This document shows positions 47,006 through 59,259 of a DNA stretch of 64,000 nucleotides, in pieces. The DNA is from Takakia lepidozioides (Eukaryota; Plantae; Bryophyta). Both the position numbers and the translations under genes were made by a program. Every line of letters begins with the position of its first letter. Position 1 is the first letter of the stretch. The notes beneath the pieces are model-generated. The model saw only the letters and a program-made list of their open reading frames with translations. It was not told the DNA's origin and made no database searches. Location: the NCBI GenBank assembly GCA_030704615.1, contig CM060732.1, forward strand, positions 2,480,001 to 2,544,000. The letters run 5' to 3'.

Positions 47006-47406
47006 CTTTTTTTTGGCTGCTCCAGAAGACTCCCCAATTGCCGGGGACTCTTTGCGCTTTGGACTGCTCTCCACGCCTCTCATGTTCTGGAGCATCTCCC
47101 CCATCCTCTCTTCCACTATTAGGTTCTTCGTGAGGCCAGCGTCAACATCAATCTTCGGCGTCTGCTCTCTCCCTCGGATGCAGTGTCCTCCTCATCTGTT
47201 CTTGGAACTATGGCAGGCTGCTGTTCTTCCCCGGATTCCTGCTCTTCCATCGCTGAACTTTGCTCTTTGCCCTCTTCTTCCGTCTTTTCCTCTTCGGCCA
47301 CTCTTTCCATCCTCATTCTATATCTGGCTCTATTCCTGTTTCTAGAGCTCGTGAAGTATAATGACTTCCTTCTCTTCCTCCTCCTCTGGAAACAAGGGCT
47401 CCCCAC
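47006..47406 (-). pseudogene. Exon 1 of the family C accessory gene (homologue of 3681-4131)
   Basis: RRKRRKSLYFTSSRNRNRARYRMR versus RRKCRRTLYFTSNKQRVRAKERMR. Ends GESSGAAKKK|GTAC versus GGSSSAKKKLE|GTGA. Confidence 0.7.
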
Positions 47407-48278
47407 GATGCCTCTAGAGCTCTCCAGTTTGACGTTTGCAACAAGGGTTGCTATTGCATGTAACCAAAATCAAAATTGGACATTGTCAACCGTATTTGGA
47501 TGCGGGTGTTGTTATTGTGTGCGAACGGAATTCATCCATTTCGGCGTCTTTGTATTATTCAAGAAATAAAGTGCTAGAAAATATGTACATACGTTGCATG
47601 TACTTGTGATATATGTCAGATGTACTTCGCCGCCTACCAATATATGGCGGCCTTCTTGCATGGTTTCAAATTCGGAAGTGCCGTAGAAATCTAATGCTAG
47701 TTCAATTTGGAGCAGTTCTTGCAGATTCGCCATAAATGTTGTGCTTCACATATGCCTCCACGTGTTTCGTACTGCATGCCCTGTGCTTTGCATTTTGCCG
47801 TCATCGTCGCCATGGGGTCATTCGGTATAAAGGGTTGTGTCGAAATGATCTTGTGTTGCACACATCCGTGCGAGGTGACTCTTGGAGTGTCAGTGTTTGT
47901 GCTGTGCTCTTCTGGCACGGCACGACCTCATTACATTTCGGGGTCTTCTTGTTTACTGCTCTCCAGGGTTGTTGCCGTCTTTCCATAAAGGATGGTTTCA
48001 TGTCATGTTCAGGGTTTTTTTTTCATCCAAAAACAGCACGGCTTCTTGTGGCTTCCTGTATTTGAAAACAGTTTTTCTAGTTGGTGTCTCTCAGCGTGGT
48101 TATCTCCGAAGTTCAGTGCATGTCATTCCTGCATCCTTTTGATGCATTGCCCGCAGCTTGGGTTAGTGCTACCCTCGTTGACCTCAATTTTTTTGTGGTG
48201 GATCCCCTTTCGAGAATTGCGGGCTATCAATTCGGGGATTCCGTTGTGAATCGAAAGTTTCGGTCAGCGTAGGAAAAC

Positions 48279-51200
48279 ATGTCCAGGGACAGAGATAGAC
48301 TAGCCCGATTTCATTCCAATGCAGGTAGTCTTCCACTGACTGCCACTGCAGACGACGATGGGTTTGCAGTTGTTCAGAGGATGAGCTGGTTACAGTGTTC
48401 CCACTGGAATTGGGTTCTCTGCTTGTTCAAAAAGAGGTGTATGACGAGGTTGGGAATTTGGATTCTGGACATTTGGAGAAACCATTGGTTGGCGAGTGTG
48501 GAAGGAAGTGGAGAGTCCTTCCAGGCACATACCGTGTCCTTGGAAAAGAGAGAAGACAATCAGTAGGATCAGTCATTACCCCTGGAACTGCAGCATCGGT
48601 CGTGCAGCAAAAGGTTCATGTGAAACAAGAGGTGAGCACATCCACTACATTCATGACTCTTTCAGACTCGTCCTCGGAGGATGTTTCTGAGATTCCTCCG
48701 CCAATGCAGACTACATTCTTGGATGAATCTGAATTGCAAGAGATAACGAGTGTCATTCCAAAATTGAAAGCCCTCGCAGGGGTGCCTGGGTGCAAGAGCG
48801 AGCTGCGTTTTGTTGATTGGGAGTCCCTTCATGTGCAGCGGGTTCAATATGTGCCAGCAGAGTTTGATGGGGACATCTTGTTTGAGCTCAACCCTCCCAC
48901 GTCTTCCAATGGACTGGCTGGGCTTCTGCAGGGCATGGACAAGAAACATAACGGACACCCTTGGTGCAGGACAAAAACGTCAAACATCCACAACGACATT
49001 GGATTGAAATTTCGAAGGTCGGTTTGCGTTGGGCATTGCAAGTGCCTGAATATATCTTGCCCTCGCCTGAGAAACAGCGCTCAACCAAACGAAAGTGAGT
49101 GGGAAGGTGTGCCCTTGAATCCTTTCACCCCAGGACTTGCCCCTCCCAAGACCAATACTTTTGTGTGCAGGTTCTGCAAACTTTCCCCGTCCTGTGTTTC
49201 TGTGTGCCACGCTCGTATGTACCAGGTGGCACACCGATGCAAGACAATGACTCGTGCCTGCATTCATATGGGTGCACACGAGCATCTTGTGTCCAAAGGA
49301 AGTTGCAGGGATAGCGTCCTGGAAAAACACATATTGGGTGAAGGGGATTCGACACAACCAATGCTGGATGCAGATTTGCTTGATGCAGTGATGGACCATT
49401 TCTCCGTGTTGAGCTCTCCTAATATTCGAAACCAGGTGAATGCACTCAGAGTCGGCACATGCACTGCTGGATTCATGGACAACATTATGGACCTCAAACG
49501 GAGAAGTCGCTATGAATTCATTCAAAACAGTATCTTCCCTGGCCAGGGCTCATCCAAGGTGTATTTGTTCAAGATGTCCGCAGTGGGCGAAGGCAGTGGT
49601 GTGAGCATTGTCCGCCGAATGCAACCTGGAGGAGATTTGGCTAAATGTTGGTTGATGTTTGATCACTGCAAATGGGTGAAGGGTTGAACAACCATGGCGT
49701 GCCATGTGTATGATCCAGCGTACCAGCGTGTGCTCTCAATAGCAATTTGTGATATGCAGTCGGAGGACACTGAATCCCAGATGCTCATGTGGAATTCGCT
49801 CCTGGCCGTCATGCAGCGCAATGGAATACAGAACACAAATTTTGCGGGCTTCATGGCTGATAGTGCACAGGCAAATTTCAATGCAGTGCGGCGCTGTTTT
49901 GGTTCGGGGGATCTAAGGTCCCAATGGAAAATAGGGAGCGCACATGCCTCTTCCATTGGAGTCAATCTCTGGCACGTCATACAAAGCGGTGCATTCGCCC
50001 TGACCTTCAGTTGGAGCACAGAGGCTCTGTCTCAAGTACAAAAATGCCAACTCAATGGGAGAAGCTGAGAGCACTTACCAAGCAATCCGGGCTTGGTGGT
50101 TCTCCTCTGGTGCTGCTACTGGTATCCACCTGAAGGAGTTGGAGGACTGGTTGGTTTTCTGGCACTTCAGATACAGACAGTGGGGAGCTTTCATGACGAC
50201 GGTAAGCCTCTTGAATCCCAAATCAGAAATTTTGCATCGTGCCTCTTCATTTGGGGTTCTTGGATTGTCGCTTGCAGAACCTCTTCCATTTCCTTTCCTT
50301 CTCACATTTCCATGCAATGCCTCATACAGGACATGTCCTTGGAGGACTTGGCCGACATGCCATCCTGTAATTTGGCGGAGACTGTTCATAACGCCTGGAT
50401 GCAGCAATCTACTAAAGCAGGTCGTGACTTGTACGTGGCCACTGCTGATGACATGGTGCGGGCACTCACACAACAAACCAGGTACCGCAATTTTCTGATG
50501 GGACGGGGTGGAGGCAAGGGCCCCGATACAACTTTGTTGATGCTAAGGGCTGCGAGTAGGTCCAGAGACCCATCCAAGATGGCCAGAGCTCTGAACAGGT
50601 GCACTGAAGGCTCCCATTTGCAATCCAGGCTCCCTCATTTGGAAGGCGAGGAAAGATTTGGATCATGCAAAAGGAAATTGAACACTCTTCCAGGTTCAGA
50701 TGGAGATTCCATCGCCTAGACAGGGTCAATTTCTCTGTGCCAAGGTGTCTCCAGTGCAGACTAAGTCGTGTGCCGGCCCCTTCCCAGGTGGGTCCTCCTC
50801 CTGTGGAGCAGGTGCAGAACATGCAAGCACAGCAGCAGGAATCCCATTGGAGGAGGTGGTGGCCATGGTGCAAGAATCTGATTGCATTGATAGTGAGTGG
50901 CATATAGAACGCACCCCACCAGGATCTAGAGTTGCTTGCATGGCAATTCGGACCCCCTCTTTCAAGAAATGCAAATCAAAAATATGCAAAGGCTCCAGGG
51001 GGACTCCAGCTCCAACATTCACAGGGTTGTTCCGACCTTATCATAGTGGGGAGTCAAAGGACCACAAGTTCTGGTTCTGCCCAGACGATATGGCACGATG
51101 CGTCAAGGGAACAGTTTGTCCTTCGTGATAATGAAACCCCCTCCCCCCGCAATTTGGCCTGTGAAACTTGGGACGTCGCTGTCAACAACCGAGATAAGCA

Positions 51201-51737
51201 TGCTGGAGGAGGGAGGGTTTTGTCTTGCACGATCCCGAGTGGTGCCCTTGTGCACTGTCGGCACAGATGTGCCACAAGCTACGGCAATGCCTCCACCCGT
51301 GCCGACTCCCACCCACAAAAAGAGATGGAGAAACAGTGCGCCGTGTCGCTTCGGGTGCAGATCATGAATGTAAGATGGAATCGGCTAGAATTTTGCAGGC
51401 TTGGGTGGCTCGTATCACCGAAGTCCCTGCCCCGGGGTATGGACGGATTTACACAGTGCTGTCTATTGGCTCAATTCTTCATGGCAAAGAATATCAGGTT
51501 ACCGTGGGGAATTTCCCTACTTGCACTTGTCCGGATTTTGTAACGATGCGTGAGGGCGCTCTCGGCATGAGAGGGAAGTGGGTCCCCTGCAAGCATCAAT
51601 ATTACATATACCTTGTAATTATGTGTTGCGATGGTAAGAGAGACCAATTCATTCACCAAGCCACACTAGGCTATGGAGAAGTCATCACCCTTCTGCAGCG
51701 GGACACCTCACGTAGGGCTCCGCCAAATTCTCTTTGA
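48279..51737 (+). pseudogene. MULE-like transposase (GCM-like, DDE, SWIM), frameshifted
   Basis: WCRTKTSNI..FRRSVCVGHCKC; WLMFDHCK; FAGFMADSAQAN; ERTCLFHWSQ (CxxH); SCNLAETVH; CTCPDF...WVPCKHQY. Intron 50202-50329 is at the same position as in B2. Confidence 0.9.
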
Positions 51738-52155
51738 ACACATACGAGCCATGCCCGCTTCCCATGCTGGTTTCAAGGTTACCGTGTGAAGACTTTGCAT
51801 TTAGGACAAACACATACATTTCGTTCACGGAACCAGGGCAAATGCACATGCCATTCATTGTAAGCGTCTATCTGTGAATTAAAATAAAGTGTGTCAATCA
51901 TTCTGAGCTCAATTCTGCCATATTTTCATATTCCTCTTTTTGTGCAGGCATTGCAGACATGGTGCATGGTGGCCCCCTTTGTTTTGTCCACGGTAATAGG
52001 CCCTCTTCTTGCAATCCTCGCCTATAGGACCTGCTTCTCCAGCAGATTTGTGCCGCTCACGCTTCCTTGAAGCGTGAGCTCAGCTCACGCTTTGCAGCTA
52101 CAACGTGAGCTCAGCTCCCAGGCTCACGGGGCTGGGCTCGCGCCGTAGCTACGCT

Positions 52156-55100
52156 GTTCTGTTTGCCATGAAACAAAACCAACAGTATTTGAGCAGGTCA
52201 TTCACAGAGGAGATCCTGAAAGCTTTGAGGGGAGAGGATGTCGCTTGGGCGGAGTTAATGTACAATGGACTGGTGGATGAGATGAAGAGGTTGCAGGGCA
52301 CTACTGCTAAGTCTCCGATCATTGTGTCTGGTCCAGTCATTGCCCAAATCATTCTTGATTCTTGTATACTTGATACTCGGGAACGTAAAGAGATGGGAGT
52401 GTTTGAGGCAGAAACCACTGCAATTGAAGAGCAGGGCTCTTCACATAGTGAAGGTGGATTGGCAGGGCAACACCGGTCTAAGAGACAGAAGCGGGGTATG
52501 ACTGTAGTGGCGGATCCACTGGCTTCACGGAAATTGCAAGATGATGTATCCCAAGCTCTTGTGCAGGATGGGGCACAGCAGCACAGAGAGCTGTTATTAT
52601 TGGAAGCACGGCCTTCGGAGAGGGAAGAGGAAGTCATTTCGATACCACAGCCACCACAACCAATTGACTCAGTTGTTTTAGAGGTTCCACAGTTAGTACA
52701 TGCTATGACATCACCCCCAATTGCTCTGGAAGGAGAGGTTGGACATTCCCACTACAGAGCAGGTCGTGGCCGAAATTGAGAAGGGTGACCTTCTCTATGA
52801 AAACTCTGGCTTGGTAAGGGAATCAGTAGTTCCAGAGGTGCAGCGGTTGTCTAGGGAAAACCCTGCTGTGCATGTAATACCCACACCTATGATGGAGGTA
52901 CCAGGGGTAGAATATCAAGACACTGCAGCACCTGTGGAGGATGAGGTGGTTCAGGAAGAGAATCTGGTGGGGCAATGGCCTGAATGGTTGGTGAGGCATC
53001 ATATTGTGGAGGATCAGAGAGAACAACAGCAAGTTCACCATGATGACCCTCAGCAGGCCATGCTTATGAGTTCCATAAGCAGGACACTTTAATTTGTTGG
53101 GCACTTATGTGAAATCCCATGTTCCATCTACCCAATTGGCAGCTTTGAGGGAGGAACTCAGGAAAGAGTTTGAGGCTCGAATTGCCACTGAGTGTGCTAA
53201 CAAGGTAGATGAGGAGGTCAATCTCAAGTTACAGCAAGAGTTGGAGGACACAAAGGCTGCTTTGCAGTTGGCCAAGGGACATTTGATTGAAACAGGCCTC
53301 GAGCAGGACTAGTTGCATGAAGCACATAAGCAACAGTTATACCAAATGCAGGTGAAGCATGAGGGCAAGTTACAAGAAGTGAATGTACTACATACAGAGT
53401 TGCAGGCAGTATATGAGAGGATGAACATACAATGTGCTACACTCACAACTACTCTTGAGCAAACTGCATTAGAAGTTAACAAACAAGGGGAGAGATGTAT
53501 GAAGGCAGAAGCAGAGATAATAGAGCAAGCGAAACTCATAGTTGATATGAAGAATACAATCTGTCACAATGAGAATACTTTCAAACAATACCAACAGGTT
53601 GAGGCTGACCAGGAGAGGTACATCCTGGAGTTGCAACAAACAGTCATGGTCAATAGAAATGAACTCTCTGTGGCTAACAAGGCTTGGAAGGAAGCCAATA
53701 ATCTGGCTGCTGCCTATGCTGGTCTGGTTGAACCTCATGCAAAGCGCATGGAAGCTTTACAGCAGCAGTTAGATGTGTACAGACTCACGGAGGAGCAGAC
53801 TCTTAGGGGTGCCACACACAACTTGGTGGATAACCACCTTATCCAGGTCTGGTTAGCACAAGGGCCGGTAAAAGGCAAAGCACCACGGAAGCTCACCCAG
53901 GGCGAGATGAATGAGCTCAGACTCCAGGTGCAGAATATTGCCACAACTACTATAGACAATGTCTATAGTAGGATAGCGGAGCTACATGAGGATGTAGAAG
54001 GTCTGCAGACTCAGGTGGATGACCTGAGTTCAAATATTGTGGGGTGCAGGAGATGCCAGTGGTAGAAGGGCCAATGGTACCAATATCACAGCAAGTGGCT
54101 GTGCAGGTAGCTGACCCTGTTGTTACTACAGCCACACCAAAGCCTGAGGTATGGGGGGATGCTGCTTTTAACCCACCTAAGACTCATGCTGCACGGGAGT
54201 ACAGTCGGGCTATGATTATGCCCTTCAACCAAATTCCCCTTGTGTTGGATTTGGCTTGGAAGGAATTTAGTCCTCCGCAGTCGTTGGCACATTACTACCA
54301 GATCATGCGCATTTGGCTGCCAGCGGCAACTCGGACTAAGGTTCTTCCGAACAATCGACCCATTGAGGATCATCACTTTGCCAGGTATTGGTCTGAGGCA
54401 AGTACCATGCTGAAGGAATTAATTGCCGTCCAAGTTGTACATGGGTACATCTATACCAAGACCAAGGAGGTATCTAGTATTGTCATGGGCTGTGGATTAT
54501 ACTATGCTGCTTGTTTTCTGGCACGCTATCACATTGAGCAGCAAAAGATGCAATCACGATTTCTGAGTTATTCCAGTGGGGATCATTGGGTCTTACCTTC
54601 AGTGCCACCTCATATGTACCTATATGATACAAAAGTTATGATGCAAAAGGATTCACAACTTCGTTCATGGTTTCATTCGGCTTGGAATAATTTGACAACA
54701 CAGAAATTCGGCCCGGAGGATATTTTTTTTAAGGGACATGAAGCCTGGAGATACTTACACTGTTCCAAAGTCATTGGCACACCTCTCACCTATACGGATA
54801 ACGAGTTCAGGGTGTTCACTAATTTTGCCATTAAGCGCTTACAGCAAGTTGTACAGTTTAAACTTCCAGACATGGTGGGACCACATTGTATGCCACACAG
54901 GATTCCAGTTAAAGTTCGGCCGTTAAACACCTCAGGGGGGACGAGGATTCTGATACTACTGTTTTCTTCTTCTGCGGACTCTTTGACATGGCCGAAGACT
55001 ATGCACTTCAGATGGCAGAGAAGAAACGACGGGGATCTCCTATGCCTGAGAGATTACCTCGTTATTAGCCAAAGGAGGGTCAGACATTTCGAGGTAGTGC

Positions 55101-55222
55101 TCAATCATCTCCATCAGCCAGTGATAGGACTCGGGCTCGCACACGGAGTCCTTCACGAGACTCTCACCGTCAAAAGGGTTCTCGCTCACAAAGGTTTGCT
55201 AATCCCAAACAGTAAACCGTGA
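52156..55222 (+). pseudogene. Long degenerate ORF (about 1000 aa) with a coiled-coil region, probably the extra 3' ORF of an LTR retrotransposon
   Basis: Five abutting ORFs from 52105 to 55222; E/Q/K-rich helical region 53094-54040. Followed by TTTTTGAGAGGGGAGGGG and TGTTAGG (PPT and LTR-start-like) at about 55232-55261. Confidence 0.5.
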
Positions 55223-55371
55223 GGACACGGCTTTTTGAGAGGGGAGGGGTAAATGTTAGGGCTGCTTGGGACTTAGACGCTTTTTAATGGTTCTGTAGGG
55301 TACCCTTAATTTTTGCACAGACTGAGACCAACAGGAGCTTTAGGGGTGGCAGCAACAGGCTTTAGGGGGGT

Positions 55372-55530
55372 CACACAGCCCAACACAGCTTCACACAGCC
55401 AGTCACAGCCCGACATAGCCCGGCACAACCAGTCACAGCTTTGCACAGCCAGTCACAGCCGGCACAGCCTGACACAGCTTCACACAGCCAGTCACAACTC
55501 GGCACAGCTTGACACAGCCTGTCACAGTAC
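55372..55530. repeat. CACAGCC-type approx. 10-bp minisatellite
   Basis: Repeated (G/T)CACAGC(C/T) units. Confidence 0.8.
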
Positions 55531-56504
55531 ATAGGGACTTACAGGTAGATGAGGAGAGCGGCAACGGAAAGAGGATCACTTCAAGGGGAGCGCTTCTTGG
55601 ACATGCATGAGAGGAGATCAGGCGGAGAGCAAGAAGGAGAGCACAGAGAAGCGGGAGAGATGAACAGTAGATGCTTGTTACATGCAAAGCTGTAGTGATA
55701 CTGTAGGGCAAATTATTGTCATCATGGCATAGACCTGATAACTGATAAATCATAATCTGATACTTATTCGATACAGTCGCACTGTGTAGAGAGACAGGAG
55801 TGAAGCTGTGGAATGAATGCATGATTAACTGGAATTTAGTAGATACTGAAGCAATCTGATGCTTCAGTATACACGGTAAGGTAAACTGATAACATGAAGG
55901 CGAGAAGGAATACAAATAGGAAGCACAACCATGATACACTAGTTGCAGGTCATGACTGATTGTTCTGAGCGGGCTGAGTGCTTAGAGATATCCAACTCTT
56001 CTATCTTGGAGTTTCCACCTCGGATAGCGAAGGGATGGGTGAGTAAAAGCCGCACGACACTTTGGTGGATCTGAGGTCCATGTGTAGAACGCATGTGCAA
56101 AATTGAAGTGGGTTGTGTCATTGTGCATGTAGAAGAGTGGTAAGAGTCAGTACCAGGGGCATAGGATGCTGGAATATTATGAGAAGTTGTACAATTTGGA
56201 AGAGTGTTGAGGTGTAAAAGTGGGGAGGGTGTGAGGGTGGAGCAGTGGGGGGGTGGATCAGGGGGGTGTGTACTGGGGTTGTGGGTGTTGATGGCAGGCA
56301 TGGCGAGAAGAAGAATTTCTATTGGATGGGGGGTCCAAAATTCGGAATAATGAGCATGGAGCCAGCAGCCGCCATGCAAGGAAGAAGGGTGGCTTGAAGG
56401 CCAGATGACCTTTCTCCAACAGGGAGAACTTGCAGTACCTGCATTCAAAAAACCCACAGAGAATCAGGTCTCGGGAATGAGGTTCATGTTTCGGCAACAA
56501 ATTG

Positions 56505-56860
56505 TAAAAATGACGCCGAATTTCCATGCGGGGGGGTGCCCACTGCTCCCGGCTCCCCAGGGTGCCGGGCAACAAATCTGGAAATTCGGCACCATTTTTC
56601 CAAGATGGGTCCCAAAGTGACTAAGTCCCACACGGGTTTGGCCCGCAACTTGGAAAAATGGCGTTGAATTTTCAGTTCTGGGGGACAAAAATTTCTAAGT
56701 CCATGGGGTGGTTGGCACCGAAACTGGAAATTTGGTGCCATTTTTCTAGGTTGTGGGCCAGACCCGTGTGGGACTTACCCACGTTGAGACCCATCCTGGA
56801 AAAATGGCGCCGAATTTCCAGTTCAGGGCCCCGGAAATGGCTAAGTCCCGGGGGTGGCTA
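56505..56860. repeat. Diverged relative of the family B palindrome repeats
   Basis: GGAAAAATGGCGCCGAATTTCC, GGAAATTCGGCACCATTTTTCC, GGCTAAGTCCC. Confidence 0.75.
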
Positions 56861-57556
56861 GCCGAGCAGCAGAGAGGGGAGAGGGCTTGATGCGGTGGTG
56901 CACGTTGAAGTTATGGGAGGTAGAGTAGCGTGTGGATAGTTGTGGGTGCAGTAACTGGGAGGTAATTAGATGAAGAAGTGAGCTAAGCAAATTGTGCTGA
57001 ATTTGGAGGAACTGTATACGCCCATACCTCCATATGGGGCAGTCCACCTGTGAAATGTAAACAAAGGGGGGCCAAGCAGGGGGTAAGATCTGCTGGTGGG
57101 GGGGGGGGGGGTTATGGGAATTGTGGAGTAAGGGTGAGTATGCTCCTGTAGATAGGTGGAGTTCGGACCTGATGAGGGGTGACGTACGTCCCAGCTCCGT
57201 AGCCTACTCCATTGTATCTGAGTGGTGTTGCTCTTTGCCTCGGTGCGAAGTAGAAAATCGTCTCACCATAGATGCGTCCATTGGGGGCGGAAGAGGTCTA
57301 GAGAGGTGCTCCATTTTTTTAGTGCGCTGCAGCATGTCGCACTGTGTAATTGGAGAGACTGTAATCAGGCTGTAATAATCATAGATTTGAGACTTATAAT
57401 TTGTTGTCCCACAGGGGCTGGAAGCATGGAAGTTGTAGCTGAAAAGCTGTTGTCCGTTGTGGCTTGAGAATCGCGTTTGGGGGTGGGCCGTTAGAGTGTT
57501 GCCTGGATACCCTGTCTGAGTAGTCATAACCATCCAAAGAGAAGGGGGGTGGGGGG

Positions 57557-57993
57557 TGTAACAAGGTAGAATCTAGAAGGTTCTAGATGGAGGAGGAAAG
57601 TTCCCTAGAAGTTTGCAGAATAACTAGGAAGGATCCTAAGAAGTTTGACTTAAGGAAGTTTGACTTGAGGCTCTCAAGTCAAACCTCTAAGATATTCATA
57701 TTATGGAGAGTAGGTCAAATCTTTGATAAAGTCATATTGTAGAGAATATGTCAAACCTATGAAGGTTGACTTTAACAAGTATCTTTGATAAAGTCGTATT
57801 GTGAAGAATATGTCAAACCTAGGAAGGTTTACTTTAGGAAGCTTTGACTTGAGGCTCTTAAGTCAAACCTTTAAAATAATCATATTGTGAAGGGTATATA
57901 AACTTGCAATAAAAGCCTAGAAGGCATCGAGTTGTTTTGGGAAAAAGTTGAGAAGTACTTCTATTCTACTTTGTGTAGATCTTGGGTGTTACA
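57557..57993 (+). repeat. LTR of a second Ty3 family
   Basis: TGTAACA...TGTTACA termini. Upstream GAAGGGGGGTGGGGGG purine tract; downstream PBS TGGTATCAGAGC (57995-58006). Confidence 0.9.
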
Positions 57994-58645
57994 ATGGTAT
58001 CAGAGCCTAGTCTTTCTTAAAGTTGGGAGTGAATACCTTCTTTAGGATGATTCGATTAAGATGTTTTTTTTATTAGAGATTTTTGTTGTTAATACTTTTA
58101 AGTGCTGAATAGATAGTAGTGATGGTGCGCCATAACGATAGTATAAAAATTTTATGGACTTAAATCAACCCCCTTTCCGTGATTTTCCTTCGGAGTGTGA
58201 GTTTAAAATTATATGTCGTCGTAAAGCAGAAATTAGAGATATGATAGTACAGAGATTTGGAGAGGAACAATATCAAGAAGTGTTACAAAACCCACGACCT
58301 GTCGTCTTTCCTATAATTAGAAATTGGAAGGTATACATATGTGTATATACATAGCTCATGGATCGAGGTAGACATTTTCCGCCTAATTTTCCACCGCCAA
58401 ATGTATTTAGTATCAATGTGCGCGCCATCGACAAGCATCATCTTGTGAGATTTTTAGTTGCAGAATTTGGGGTAGAATTCATGAACCTTGTCATGAGTTC
58501 AGACGTCCCTTTTGTATTACCAATAGTCACGTACGGGATGGTTTGGGATTGCACTATTTACATACTGTATTAGGATAAGAGAATAGAGATAATATACATT
58601 AATTTTAGAAGACAAACACCACGAAGGAAGTAGTAGTGGAGCAAG

Positions 58646-59259
58646 ATGGCGGACAATGAAGAAATGGTGGACAACGTACACACTACTCATCAAGCCAATG
58701 ATCAGACGGTGTGGATAATGGAGCGCTTACACGAATTGCAGAATGCTCTTGTCACGACCCAACAACAAAACAACGTGTTGATGGAGGAGCTTAAACAAGT
58801 GAGATAATCAACCGCCCCAAGACTGGTTGCTGATGGGTCGGATACGTTGCTGCAAAAGATGACCAAGACATGCAAGGTCGAGCCGTATAAATGAAGTCGC
58901 GCAATGGGAGTGCTAGAAGGATGGATTTATCGAATGGAGGTACATCTGTCATATTTCCTTACATCAAGTGATTTGGACCATAGAATGTTCATACGATCTT
59001 TTCTACTCGACAATGCTTCAACATGGTTACAGACATGGGAGAGAAGACAAATTTCAAAAGGAGAACTTTTACTATGGAGCACCTTGAAAGCGAGACTGCT
59101 CCAACAATTCAAGGCAGTAGATGCTGTTACAACTGCTCGAATGACTTATAGAACTTGGAACAACGTGGGAGTGTGCAAAATTACATTGAGGATTTTTTGA
59201 ATCTTCAGGTCCAAATCGAAGACATGAGTCCTGCAGAAGCTTTAGACAACTTCAAAAGA
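58646..59259 (+). pseudogene. Ty3 gag N-terminal/capsid part
   Basis: LEGWIYRME...NASTW...WSTLKARLLQQF..., frameshift, QRGSVQNYIEDFLNL...EALDNFKR. Confidence 0.8.

Larger units (their letters stand above)
45124..52155 (+). mobile_element. MULE-like family C (left part removed at the B2 junction)
   Basis: Transposase 48279-51737, divergent accessory exon 47006-47406, palindrome array, and GCTCACG/CGTGAGC terminal-type repeats at 52055-52142. Right end approximate. Confidence 0.78.

Noticed and set aside
40791-51737. KDZ/Zisupton or hAT assignment of the transposases
   Set aside because: The FMAD..QAN, CxxH and N.AE..H spacing plus SWIM fit Mutator-like DDE better. Not tested by HMM.
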